From Marsupella aquatica (lineage: Eukaryota > Plantae > Marchantiophyta): 64,000 bases of DNA. Under the pieces are notes generated by a model that saw only the letters and a program-made list of their open reading frames with translations, was not told the DNA's origin and ran no database searches. The stretch's first letter is position 1. Each line of letters begins with the position of its first letter. Made by a program: the position numbers and the translations under genes. The stretch spans positions 14,817,375-14,881,374 of the forward strand of contig OZ316897.1 of NCBI GenBank assembly GCA_973895155.1, in the 5' to 3' direction. Below, one piece after another: positions 13,101 to 26,040 of the stretch.

Positions 13101-16100
13101 ATTGCTCGATCCCTTACTTCGGATATTATTACAAGGCTAAACTTTGCAAATCTTCTCTAATTACTTTAAATATTGTGGAATCCGCATTCTACAGTAATTT
13201 GTTGACTCAGGGTCCATTATACATTGCATGCATTCAATTTGAGGCAGACTAGATGGGCAAGTACCAACAGGGGCAGGTGCTCGTCAATATCGTGAGTTTT
13301 GTCAGAAACATTGGGCAGAGAGCTACTGCTCTGCGTTGTTTATGCCTTTTTCCTCGATGCTTCCATCGCCTCCCTCCTCTGTTCAGTACGGATTCTGTCA
13401 AGGTAATCGGGAGGAAACTGCGGGTTTGCGGCCAACAGGAAACCTACGTACTATCCTATCGAATTCTCAGACCTGAGCACCTTTAGGTTATCATTTATGT
13501 TTGGCAGCTGGGATGATATGTTGATAGCCTTGCTCTCAGAGGACAATGGATTGTAGCCACCAGCCAGCGATAAATTTCTCCTTTGAACTTTACACGTAAG
13601 TCACAAGCAAACCACCAGTACTGCAAGCTTGCCTCGTCCATGGGTCAGTACTCGCCTGCCTCTTCACTTTTACGTCCTCAAATAACAATTCGAGACACTG
13701 AACAGTGATCAACGAAGTTGCGTGCACCGCCTCTCTGATCCAGGGCTGCATGCCTGCCAGGCCGGCCCTATCCCTAGTTTCATTTCTGTGCCTGCAGTTT
13801 CCAGATATTGCCTTCTGAATTTTCTGATCATTGCAGGGATCTTGAGAATGACCTGGTCCCCTGGCTTTACATCAAGCCCTGCACCGATGTAAACGGAAGT
13901 AGAGTAATCTTCTCAGCTGTATGCTATAAAGAGAGGGGAGTCCTGAGGTAACATAACGTAACTCAACAGGGTGTTCTGAAGCACGCTCTCGAAGTTGACT
14001 TCCGATCAAAGCGCCCAATAGTTGCACCATGATTAGAGAGGTTCCCTGGATTTCACGGTGGAGAAGAGCACCGTGCTATGAATGCTACAAAATGATGGAT
14101 GTCCTCGACAGACGACAAAAACTCGAAAGGTGCATCCGTCGCCGTGATCCCAAAAGCACAGACCAGTTGGGCAAGTGATGCCAAAAGCACAGAACTACTA
14201 CTGTTCCAGAACTTCGGCGGACGACAAGCTTGCATTTTCTAGCCCTGTACTAATAATGTAATGATACGTGTGCCACTATTCAAGTGTCCAGTATTCAAGT
14301 GTCCATTATTTTGTCCGAGTCGTGAAGCATTGGGAGGCGCAAGACCGTATTGTGCTCATCTTGCTCGTGTCGAGTCTTTACAAGTTTTCGTACTTGTTCA
14401 GTCACACGCGTGCAGCGTGTTAGTGCTTTTGCTTCGATACGGTAACATCAGTGTTATTTTATTGAAAGCACTCAGAGGAGCAATTCATGTAGCTAGGGGC
14501 ACAGGATGAGGAGTGAGTGCAGAGGAAACTCTCATTACCCATCTAATTTGTCTGCCTAGTATATAACAATCAAGAGAAAAAGCGCCCGTCTAGATGTGCC
14601 CTTGACAACAACCTGTTGTTATTATACCAACACTAGAATTGGGAGGTCATAAGCGTGAATGTGAGTTTGAATCTTTGCTAATTGTGGAGCATTGGCCGGT
14701 CTACATAAACCTGTACTTCCCCTGCTCCTGGCTAGGTTAGTTCACACGAAATGCCTCTATCTTGGTACTGAGCTGCCCTACTTATTGCATTTCAATCTCT
14801 GGTCCAATTTTCAATTCGGCATCCTCATTCTCCCCCCTCCCAGACCAGCTGCCCTCTGTTGTATATTTTTCATGGCAAGAAATTCAGATCACTTCAAGAA
14901 CTATTCCAGTCAGTCATTATCATGAAGAAAGCTAAGATAAGCTGATGAAAACATTTAGAACCTCTCTATTGAAAACAGAGAAGAGTACGAATGACATTAC
15001 AACGCTAAAGGTTCTGCAGTGTACCGCAATTTATCGTGTAAATGAAAGAGTTTAATTTCGTTTCGCAATTGGACCGGTGTATGAGCAAAAAAGCATTAGA
15101 ATGAGAGCATCCTAGGCCAGTACAAAGGGCATAGACTGGTGTGTGGTGAGTGTGATGAGCCACAGCATGTCACAAAGTACCCCCAACGTTTCAAATTCTG
15201 TCAAATTCTGTCACGAAAAATTGTACAGTATTGGTATTTACACCCTTGCTTACAGGCCATGTATTCAGCGTACCCACATACATATTGGTACTGCTTGGTA
15301 TGAAGCTCTGCGTTAGCTGACTAAAGTCTGAACGTCTGAACCTCGGATCTAAGACAGAAAGTCGGGAAAAGAAGCTCTCCGCTTGGTGCCCCTCACCTGA
15401 CCGGCCTACTGTAGCCAGCAAAAAGGTTCCAACTACGGTATCGATCTTTATTCCGCAGAACCTCTCTCAGCATAGATTAGATCCATATCTCAAATCTCGA
15501 ACCGTACCAACCAATACTGGCTGTCAGTATGTAAGCCTTCCTGGGATCCTTGTGGTGTACCGATGTCCTCAACTCGGTGAGAAAGATGGTCGTCAGGCCG
15601 TCCCCCTGATTGATCGGTAGCCCAGTAAGCAGCTCCGTGCATCTCTGAGACAGACTGCACTGCTCAAATCGCTCCGAGTCTGTCTAGGACAACAACCCCG
15701 GTTCACAGCAGACAGTCCTTTCTCCTGTTATTATTATGAGCCCCAGAAGGCTTTGGGAATCCTGGAACTTCTGTCTTTACGGTTTTCTACGGTCTTCATA
15801 CCGGAAGCTAAAGTTGGAACCAAGGATGAAGAACATGGGTCTGGACCTGCCCACCGGCCACCTCCCAACCGATGGATACCTTGTCCTCCTCGTTTCATGT
15901 TGTAGTGCTCCGTCATGTGTTGGTGCTGATTCTTTGTTGCCTTGAAATCGAAACATGATCCATCCATCTTCCGATCATAATCTCTTGAACATTTAAGATA
16001 CCTCACCCGGGCGACCCATAACCAGGGATCAACAGAAAACCCTACCACATGAGACAGAGGTTTAAATCAAGGTCTCAAAATAAACCACCATGGGCCAAAA

Positions 16101-16129
16101 ACATAAGTAATACATTCCATGGGAAGGGA

Positions 16130-16206
16130 GGTTTGGACGTTGGACCTGGAACCCAAGACCTTTGGGTTCCAGGTTCATGGAAAGGCCTGACCAACTGCAC
16201 AAGCCG
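16130..16206 (-). repeat. Possible tRNA-derived SINE head (degenerate Pol III A and B boxes)
   Basis: The minus strand reads GGCTTGTGCAGTTGGTCAGG...GGTCTTGGGTTCCAGGTCC, resembling A and B boxes. A similar GGTCTTGGGTTCAAAT occurs at about 38219. No full cloverleaf. Confidence 0.35.
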
Positions 16207-16940
16207 ATTACTTTGTAGTGATGATTCACTTTGTTCTTTATGATCTGTTTGGCCCTAGAGAGAGGACCTGCATCTGTTTTTTTCCTGTCTTTCTTTCAAC
16301 AAAGGAGAATGGATGTTGCCCGCCCCCAGTCGTCGGGCAACTTGCAGCTCCTTTCACTCTTGCCCGGGCACCCCTGTGAGACTTTCAGTCTATGTTGGCG
16401 GAGCAAAAAGGGACACCACCACCCTACCAGGGAGTCACCAGACCCTCGAGCGCCGACCGTCCAATAGAATACTCAAATGAGGTAAGAGTTTTGATGTACA
16501 GCACTCTACAGCCTCGCACATGGTGGACTTATAATACTGGACGTCTGGACTCCTCCCATACGGAAGCAGACAGAATACAGTAATGGAGGGAGTGTCTCAT
16601 ACTGTATCATTATAAGTGGTATACTGTACGTATTATTGCAGGGTGTGCCCCTGTATCCTTTCGGTTGGAACTGAAGCAGGCTCACCTTCATTATGGGAAG
16701 ACCAATTCGGTATCCTACGTAAATGGGGACTACTGTATTCTCCTGCATGTGGCACACAGTAGCATAAATGAGTTAATTACTCAGGATGCACTGAGAAAAT
16801 TCGAGAGGAACTTTCTTCACAGTGAGTGAAATAAAGGTGAACCCAGAAGATATGAGACCCGTACATTTCTCACTTACTCAGGAAAAGTTAATAAGTTGAT
16901 TGCTAATTGAGAGAAAGTTTAGATCATGAACACAATAATC

Positions 16941-18540
16941 CACCCTCGTGCGTCCTATTTGGCTCGGATACATCCCCCTACCGAGGATCTTTATCTACAC
17001 CTCCGAGCGTTTGATGTCTCCATTCGTGAGACTTTGGCCTCTCTTTTAAGGCCAGGTACTTTGCTCTCATCTCTGTGGCTTTATCGACAACTCAGTCTTC
17101 CTATTTCTCATGGTGGTTTTGGGCTTACTTCCACTGAGCGCCTTGCACCTTTGGCCTTCTTGGGCGCGTGGGCGGCCGTCTTCTCATTGTTGGCAGATTG
17201 TTTCCTTACTGAGGATCAACCTTTTTTACTTTCGTCTCTCATGGAGGTCAAGGAGGGTTCCCTCCCATTTCAGGTTCATTTGCGCACGGCGCGGTCATCA
17301 TTACTCGATCCTGTTCGAGCTGCGTTACCTTCATTCCAGGAGTTTTTATCCTTGGACCCCGTCCGTCTTCAGGCAGACCTTGCTGGCCGTATGCACGCTT
17401 TCACCCTCTCCAGCATCCTCACCGAGGCACCTGACACGGACCGAGCTCGGATTCTTTCTTCCGGAGGGAAGGGCGCAGGAGGCTAGCTTCAGGCCAATCC
17501 AGTCATTCCTCACTTGCGGATGTCTTCAACGGAGTTTGCGACAGCCATGCGTCTTCGTATGGGCTTGCCCCACCCACTTCTTGCTGGTTTACCTCCTACT
17601 TGCACTTGTGGGAAGCTTTGTGATGCCACAGGTGTCCATCTTCTTCGATGCAGTTTGGGCAGCGAAACCATTTTTGTTCACGACGCTGTGAGAGATGCGA
17701 CTGCTCAGGTTCTCTCTGGCTCTTTGGTCTGCGCGCGGCGGGAGGTGGTGCTCGAGTTACCTGGTCCTCCATCACAGCGGTTACAGGTGGATCTTACCAT
17801 GGTCTGTGAAGGTCACCGTACTTTGGCAGATGTAGTGGTGGCAAACCCATTGCGCCAAGACATCATTGGGACAGCGGCAACAACGGCAGGGGCAGCAGCA
17901 TCACGAGCAGCAACAACGAAGGAGGCCAAATATGTTGCACGAGCTTCATCTAATAGTTTCCTGCCCCTTGCTCTTGAGATATTTGGGCGTCTCCATCATC
18001 ATTTTGACGGGCTTCTTCGCCAAGCTGCTCGGGATGTTCACGGCCAGATGGGTCCCATCGGGCCCCCACTGTCTGTTTTGACCACGCACTTTCGCCAACG
18101 CATTTCAGTCACCTTACAGCGTGCTCAAGCTCGGGTCGTCTATCGTCGATCTTTGACAGTGGGTGCTAGTGTGACTCCGCAGCGGCTAGCCCCCCTAGAG
18201 GACATTCCTGTCCCACTTGCCAATCTAGTTTCGACACTTGATGTAGACCACTAGCTTGTTGCCACATTTGCTAGGAATGATGAGGACCTCGATCCATTTG
18301 CGGTAGTTTTAGTTCCTCTTTTTTGGTTTTTAGGGGTTTCCTTTTACTCAGTTCTTTTAGTTCCTCTTTCTTGGTTTTTAGGGTTTCCTTTTGCTCACTT
18401 CTTTTGCGTTTGGTTTTGTCCACTTGGGACCTCTCTTGTTTATTCTTTTGTACTCTATTTGGCCTTTTTCTGTAACAAGTATGTGTATATTTCACATAAT
18501 GTGGTTTGCTTATTTCATTGATGAGTACTGATCCAATCAC
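16941..18540 (+). mobile_element. 5'-truncated non-LTR retrotransposon of the RLE type (CRE-like): RT C-terminus, CCHC knuckle and restriction-like endonuclease, plus 3' UTR
   Basis: QLSLPISHGGFGL, AFLGAW, GAGG*LQANP (TGG>TAG at 17484-17486; both ORFs share a frame), EFATAMRLRMG, CTCGKLCDATGVHLLRC, VHDAVRD, QVDL...LADVVV...KEAKY, FLPLALEIFG, RISVTLQRAQA; stop at 18254. The T-rich 3' UTR has a ~49-bp duplication. Ends are approximate and no TSD was found. Confidence 0.85.
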
Positions 18541-21500
18541 AAAAGAGTGTTGAAACAACATCATTTCTGTGGACCAGTAGGTGGATGATACACGGATACA
18601 GTATCAAAGATTGAAGGGCAAAATTCTCTTTTTAAGAATGTCTAGACAGTACTATACAATTCTGCAGAGCACATCTGTGGGACCTAAACATTGACATTGT
18701 ACTTTTACAATATTCCAGAAAGCAGTTGTAGCATCAATGTGATAGACAGTGGAAGCACCTGATGAGGTGAAAGGATTATGTTAATCGTGTTGTTTCTAGC
18801 GTACTAACGTCTTGCTTAAGCTGAAAAACAAATAGGAGATCGATGCAATTGGCACATTTCAAAGTAACGCAAACAAAGGAAAAGCAATATCCCCATTTTG
18901 CTACGGTCAACCGAAACTTGATGCTGAAGTGCTTGCCTACTGTCCAAGAAAAACAATTCAAAATGTTAAAGTGTGCATGTGCAGTGAGTCTGTCTCCCGA
19001 AGAGAACCTGTTCGGGAAACGAACAGCGTTACCCTAAATGAGTGCTCGCAGAATTATTAGCTGTATTTCGGAGAGCGATTAAGGAAGGGGGATTAATCTG
19101 AGACGTGCCTGCCCGATGTTTGCCTCAACTTGCATGGATTCATCTTGGGTACATTCTGAAATTTGAGACGAGGAATGCAGACTGGCTCTCCACAAGACAA
19201 TCATAGTGAACGAATATTGGATCGGAGTGATGGAAGCTTACCGAAGCCATGAGGTAACTATTCAGCCGGACATAACGAGGTGTCATTGTTGGGTAAGTTG
19301 AGTTCCATTCAGCGGCCAGTGCCCAGTCATATCGAAGGTCCAGGAAAGGGCTTTGATGGATGAGAAATTAAGGCATGCAGAAAGTCCAAATTGTCTAAAG
19401 CCCCAGGCCGACATTGGATAACAACATGCAGGACTGTGGTCACTCAACCCATGATATCCTTAGCAGGAGAATGCTTCCGTTGGAAGCGTATTCCAGACAA
19501 ATTTAAAAAGTGACGTAGGTGTGCGACTTTACCTTTAAGAGCCACGGGATATTAAAAAGCCACGAGATATTAAAAAGCCACGGTGCGCATCCTGTCAGAC
19601 AAAGATGAAACTTCTTTCTCCGTGACGCGAATTGATCCATAGAGATCATTGTTTTTGCGCCGCACACATATTCCAGCAATAATCGCAATACAGTATCTCT
19701 TTCGTGCGGTACAGTACATAGGGACAGGAGTACTGGGGCCTATACAGTGTATGCTACTGTCAATTCATTTGTCAGGTTCATTATCCAATCACCGAGCAAG
19801 AATTTTCTTCTCAATTTTAATTTCAAGTACGACATTGGGAAAATCAGTGCCATAAAAAGACAAAGACTAACCAATAAGTGGGAAAGTAGACCAATACATA
19901 AAGGTCACACGGAGAAACATTAATAGAAAGAGTAAAAGAATGGCAAGAAAGGAAATTTTCTCCCAAATAATACCCCCTTACAACCTACTGGGGCGTAGAG
20001 AGCATAAGTTGTTACAAGACGATTCTAAGTGCCTCGTGAATCCAATGAGAGAAAAAAAATGAGTTCAATTCAACAGCCGATGACTTGCATTACTCGAAGG
20101 TATTCTTGTGGCAAACAAAGTACTCTTCAATATCAACAGCTTGCAAGGTCTTGAAGGGCACAAAAGTTAACTGAAGAAGAGGTGGTCAGGAGACACCCGT
20201 GTTTTGGTCTCAGCTCTGTTTTTCTTTCCCTTGAAAAATCCTTTTGAATTCCATTCACAAATACAGCACTCTAAGCACTGTTTTGCGCTTTCATCTTTCG
20301 ATGGTGTCAAAAACTAACGAAGTACGAGGCCAAGAAGAATATCATTTTGCTTTTCTTCGTTCTAGCTTGGGCTACTAAATTCGAATTTTGTGAATGTATG
20401 TGTATTTTTTAAGGGATAATCAATAATTGATTACGAGCCATTCAGAAATTGTACACTCTCTTCGATAATGCCTGTTCGTTTGAGATTTCCTACCGTCAGG
20501 TGGGGTCTACAAGCACACAGCCAACATGACAGAATCTCTGGCCGACTGAGGGTGTGTATCAAGTTCAAAGTACATTCACAAAGAATCGAATAAGGAGCTC
20601 GCCTCCTCGGTAGCTGAGCTCTGTCGACTGTTGTCTATAGGGAAAAGGTTGGCTGGGTCGTTGGGAATTTCTCAGCAAAGCCGAGAAACTCTAGCAGTAG
20701 CACAGGGACAATTTGTAAACACGACCGCCAAAGCAGTCTCTTGATTTCAACAAGGCAGCGCGTTCCACCGTTTTCTGTCCCTTGCCTCCTGACTCCAGAT
20801 TTTGATAAAACTTACTCAGCAGCTTCAATAGGAGGCTGATGATTGGAGAGGCCTCGATTGAAACCAAAAGCAGAAATGGTTTTTCAACGTTGGGAAAGAT
20901 CACGCCAGAAGAAGAAACAATCTATCATTGCCCAACTGAGTTTGGGGACCCTCAAAGCCTTGTCGTATTAAGAAGATGTCTCGAGCCCATCTAGAGCTCT
21001 CCTTACACCGTATCCAGGTCCACCCTCGACTGTAGATGAGGCTAACCATACCGGCCTCATATAACGAGCCTCCTATATAGGATTCCCCACCACATTCAAG
21101 ATTTATTATCTGTCACGGCTCCGGGCTCAATAACTTGTGAACGTAGCTAGTTCCTGTAGCTACTTAGCTCCGCTTGGTAACTTGGTGGTCCATGCTAAGA
21201 TTGTACCCAAAATTCCCCAAAATTTCTGTGCCCAGTGAGTCATAGGATGAGAAAACAATGTGCATTCACACTATTCTGTCCTCACTGGTACCACTATTTA
21301 TGCATTGTACTGTAGTATTTCTTTTTTAATGAAGAAGAACCCTCGCGCAAGCAGAGCAACCCGTGCAACTGGTTGCGTTGCTGGGGCGGGGGGGAGTCCA
21401 AATTTATGCCAGGAGAAAAGAGAATACAAGGCCACAAAAGAGCAAAGCTGGAGCTGAAAACCAGACACAAAAGCACAGCCGAGAACAAGAGGCTAGCAGA

Positions 21501-22559
21501 AAACCCTGCCAGAGCAATCCACGGAACACCTCAAAACTGCCAAACAAGAGCTGACCCCAGAGCTGCAGAACTAACGTAAGAGCACGAAAGCATCTGCCCA
21601 AAAAGCCACAGTACTTCCTTCTTTACTATTTGGTCACCACATCACGGGAAAACTTTAAGTTGCTGAAAAGAAAGAGCTACTGTACTTCTTCGTTTTATTT
21701 AGTAATAGGCGACAATGCGCCAAAATGTGAGAAGAGCTACACGAGTCAGGAACTAGGAAAGCACTCCTAAGATCAAAACTCTTGCCGTTTCCACTAATTA
21801 TACAAAGATCCTAACTCCAGGCATATGTAGGATAGACATTGAAGGGCTGAATTTGAAGCGATGTGTTATAATTCCAGATGCTCGTCTAAAGGAGGACTAG
21901 ACGTGTGGAGGTTATTATTTGTATTCATCGCTTCTTCTCATACAGCAGAATTAAATCAACAACTGAAGACAACAGAGAATAGACTTCAAAGCAAATAAGG
22001 CAGGTACTAAACTAAACCTAGCCTACATAAAGTTTCCTGGACTTCCGTATTCTGGAGAGAAACATGGTCATTTATGTCACCTATGGAGATTGTACGACGA
22101 GTTAGGTGTTGTTATTCGTAAGCTGTCCAATGCCAAAATTTCTATGGGATTTGGATGCAATGTAGAAGTTTTGAAAAACAATTGTGCAAAAATGAGATGA
22201 ACACCTAAGTGGAGGGGAGGGGGGGGGGGGGGATATTTTGTAGGGGGATGGGAACAGATACATTGGTCCTGTTAGCCAAACACGCATCCAGAATGGGCAA
22301 CAAAACCGGGTAAAAGAGAATGAAAGGGACACGGTCAAAGAACCCAAGCAAACACAAAGCACAGAGCCACCACCACAAACCGGGAACAAAAGGAACAAAC
22401 ATGCCTTATCTGCTTGGAAGTCTATTCTTTGTTCGTTATAGTTGCTGAGAAAACATTGAACAAAATTTCTTCCTAAGCCAAACCACCACACAAAGCGACT
22501 TTTTCCTCCAAACCAAACTGGTGTCACTTCTCTAAATATGGACTCCAGACCAATAATAT

Positions 22560-22820
22560 TTTTAAATGAACTTCAATAAATGTAATTCCCTTGAATGAAG
22601 GAGTGAATGTTTGGACCACCTTTGAAGGTGGTATAAACAGACAACACAATCTCTTCACATCAGCATTTGTTTTGGGCCCACTTTGCCACGCCTAGATGGG
22701 CCCCCCAAGTTCTTGAATAGTCAAGTGCAAACATTTCCACTCAATTTTAGATTCCAAATTTAATCTCAAGGGGAATAAGGGGAAAAGAATGGGCCCCCTA
22801 TGCCTTGTAAAGCCCGACAA
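22560..22820 (-). mobile_element. Degenerate LINE-like remnant, with related copies at about 25180-25240 and 38715-39255
   Basis: Shared blocks TCCCTTGAATGAAG, GGGCCCC(C)AAGTT...AGTCAAG(T/A)GCAA and GAATGG(G)CCCCCT..GCCTTGTAAAGCC recur at these positions. No ORF. The LINE assignment is tentative. Confidence 0.4.
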
Positions 22821-25365
22821 TACTAATCGGATGTAGTGACATTAATAACCTAGCTTCTGCGTGGCTGCCAGCGAAGATGCTGCAATTGGGACTACCGGAT
22901 GAATTGGCACCACCCGTCCCCCCCCCCCCCCCCCCCCTCAGAAGGAAGGGCAGACATGTCTGACTACCCGTTTAAATGTAGCCATTCTACAGTAGTTACT
23001 TCCTTCTTGTGCAGTGTACAATGTCATAAGAGGCATTGCTGATCCAAATATTTACTTTTTGACTCTTTTGGAAAAATCATTGTGGGACTTGCAAGTAAGC
23101 AGGTTCTCGCCAATGAATAGAAATTAAAATTGACCATATTTTCTTCTGTAATGGTAGTAACGCACCTTGGGAAAAGGATTTCTGCCAAAGAAGCAAAAAC
23201 TGATGGGGCCCAGGGTCCATCAAGCATATGCCTCGTAATGTCAAAGATAGTGTACCTAGTTACAACTACAGTATCTCCACATCCCAAGGTATTTGCTAGA
23301 TAGACCACCAAAATAATATATATGACTTGATGAGACCTCTGAGATTTTGGGCAAGTTGATTTAAGGTCTATCAACATTTGAGGTATATCAACTGTCCACA
23401 TCAGGTCCCTTGATGTAATATTTTTCATTTTGGTGGTCCATCAAATATACACCTCATTCCAGCTAAAACTTGGGAAGCCTTACCTGACTTAAAGCGCAGC
23501 GCATCATTGTCGAATTCTGTTTCCATGCATATAAAGACGGCGAAAAATCACTCTCCATCCAACCCAGCTTGACAGGACGATGCGTTCGTGAAGGAAAACC
23601 TGCTGTACAGTACGTGAGGGCTCTCATGTAAGTTGCTGTTCACACTAGACTAGGTTACTTACTTGATCACTCAATCCCTCGAGTGCCCTTGAGAAGAAGA
23701 AGGAATCAAATCAAATAGGCTGCGGCGGTGCGTTCGTTGACATTGGCCTCGTTCATCCTCCCCCGAAATCTATTTTTGGCCGCTCTCTTTCTCGTGGATC
23801 GAGCTCGCTGCTCCCTGTCTCCCTCCGTCTACCCCGTCTACTTTGTACAATCCACACTGATGACTGTAACAGACAACAATCCTGCACTGTAGAGCGTGAG
23901 CATCATTCTGAGCTAGCGACATGAAGAATGGTGACTGTGCCGAGAAATTCCTCGATCAAGCGCAGTCTATGAAACAGACGCCGCTGCCCTACTCTGTGTG
24001 TACTGTAAAAACTATTGCAGTTCCGCCAAAGTCAAATCAAGTCCGGCTTTTCTTCTGTTGCATCCAACTGCCCTCCACGATCTACGATGTATATGATACG
24101 CATTTGCAATCACTCACCGTACCTAGAACGCACTTTCTCGAGCTGGCTGGGATGCCTAGGTGACTCGAAGACTGGAGACAGTCATTATCAAAATGCTTCG
24201 CGTACAGTAAGTTAGAAAGAAGATCACAGCAAGTTAGTATAGTAGTATAGGTATGGTTCAATGCTAATCTTGTACTGTAATGCTACCGGTCCAGGACGAG
24301 ATGCTCCAATTTGCGGGATACACTTGTCCTGCATGGCTTTACCGATGCATGAAAGGGGCTTGTACTGCACCGAAGACACTGTTGTTATCTCCAATTACTC
24401 TATTGTTATCTAATAATTTGTCGCGCAAAACGATCTCAGTACGGGTGGCCGCCAATGTCACGAGCAGGCACTGTAGCTGATCATGACTCGGTACCGGAGA
24501 TAGTAGGGGTGGTGGAAAGTAGGACCCGGGGAGGACCTCGTGGGTGCTGTACAAAGGGTTTAACGAAGTACACATCTACGATAACAAACTCCACGGCAAG
24601 CAAAGGCTGGAGCGAGTAATTAGCTCGAGAAAGTCGAACCTTTTTCAAATGGAAAATAGGGTTGAGTAGGCTCATGACGTTTTCGGGGGAATAAAATGGT
24701 TGTAGGTAATGAGAAACTAAATTGAACCAATTACGGTCGTCTTGGTAACTGCACTCTGAGGTCAGTGACGTATCATGTCGATTAGAATCAAGATGACAGC
24801 GTGCAAGAAAGCATGTAAACCAATCTTGCCGTATTCGGCACGACGAAAGAATGATCTCTTTCATTCATGTACAGTAGATGTTTTTGCTAGTCCCGAAACA
24901 AATCAAACCTCTAGTATGACAGTGGAGAATGGGTCGAAAGTATGCTGAATTTAAACTTCGTGTCGAAAGAGCTGCTAACCAAGACAGAAGAAGATAAGTT
25001 TTGCAATTCAGGTATAATCAGATCCGTGACCAACGAGCGGTTCACAACCAAAAAAGTGAAGATACCTAGGGTGGCTTTACAAAAAGTGTGGCACTTGTGG
25101 GTTTGGAAACTGGTGGGCCATTACTGTTGGAAAGATAAACTCCACACCAAAAATCTTTGAAACTAAGTTGGATAATATCAAATCCCTTGAATGAAGCAAA
25201 CAAAGTTTGTAAATGTTTTCCTACCTCTGGAGGTGTTCTTATCTAGACATTGAGATTTAGAGTACTCCATGTCGTTGGCTACAACGTGTATACAAGTTGA
25301 CTCTTTAAGCAGTTACCAATTTGGGTGCTGAGTGCTTCTAAGCAGCAGTTTCTAGCGGCAAAACT

Positions 25366-25740
25366 TAGCCAAATTCCACCTTATTGCAAAGTCTTGGCCA
25401 CTTTTGACCAAAATTCCTCTGCTTTTTGTCTTGGATTAGCCAGTTTCCCACTTAATAACAGACTCCAGTAGCTAGAATGAAGGTGATCCTTGAAAAGGTC
25501 AAAAATCAATCTAGCAGCATTTGAAGAAAACTGCTCTTAGCATCTTCATATTGTGAAATTGCCACTTTGCAAAAACAATTACAAACTACCCTCACTATTG
25601 GCCAGATTTACTTTTAGTTGGCTGTTAGCCAGTTTCCCACCTAGCCACAGACCCAGCACGGCCGAGTAGCCAGAATCTGATTCTTGTCCTTACATACAGG
25701 GAGACGTAAGGGTCAAAATTAATCTTAGCATCTTCTCTTC
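25366..25740. repeat. Dispersed non-autonomous repeat family (other copies at about 31637-31880, and inverted at 35050-35280 and 35620-35880)
   Basis: Shared motifs TTAGCCAAATTYCACC, TTAGCYAGT(T/G)TCCCAC, TAGCYAGAAT and CCCTAGATTTAA occur in both orientations. Confidence 0.6.
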
Positions 25741-25753
25741 ACACAAGGTGGAG

Positions 25754-26040
25754 AGATATGCTTAATAGACTCTCTACCAGAAAAGTTTTACCTGAGCAGC
25801 CACTTGAAACTTTCCTTGCCTGTCAACCCCCTCTAAAACCACCACTAGTCATGAAGAAATCCTAGTTACACCAGGTGGAATAATAGTATCATTTTCTGAA
25901 ATTGTGAAGCATATGCAACGGGAGAGGAGAAGAATGAGAGGAAAGTGAAAAATGGAGAATAAGAGGGGGTTGGGTGGGTAGGAAAAATTTACAAGGGGCT
26001 GATCAAGTAAAGTTTTTCAGGCCGTCTGTTAAACATATCT
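25754..26040. mobile_element. MITE-like element with ~60-bp diverged terminal inverted repeats
   Basis: AGATATGCTTAATAGAC...AAAGTTTTACCTGAGCAGCCACTTG is an imperfect reverse complement of 25981-26040. It is flanked by the direct repeat TTCAC(AC)AAGGTG. Confidence 0.55.

Noticed and set aside
19100-19500. Minus-strand LPHGFGKLPSLRS, resembling one leucine-rich repeat
   Set aside because: It is a single motif in a stop-riddled frame, too little to call a pseudogene.
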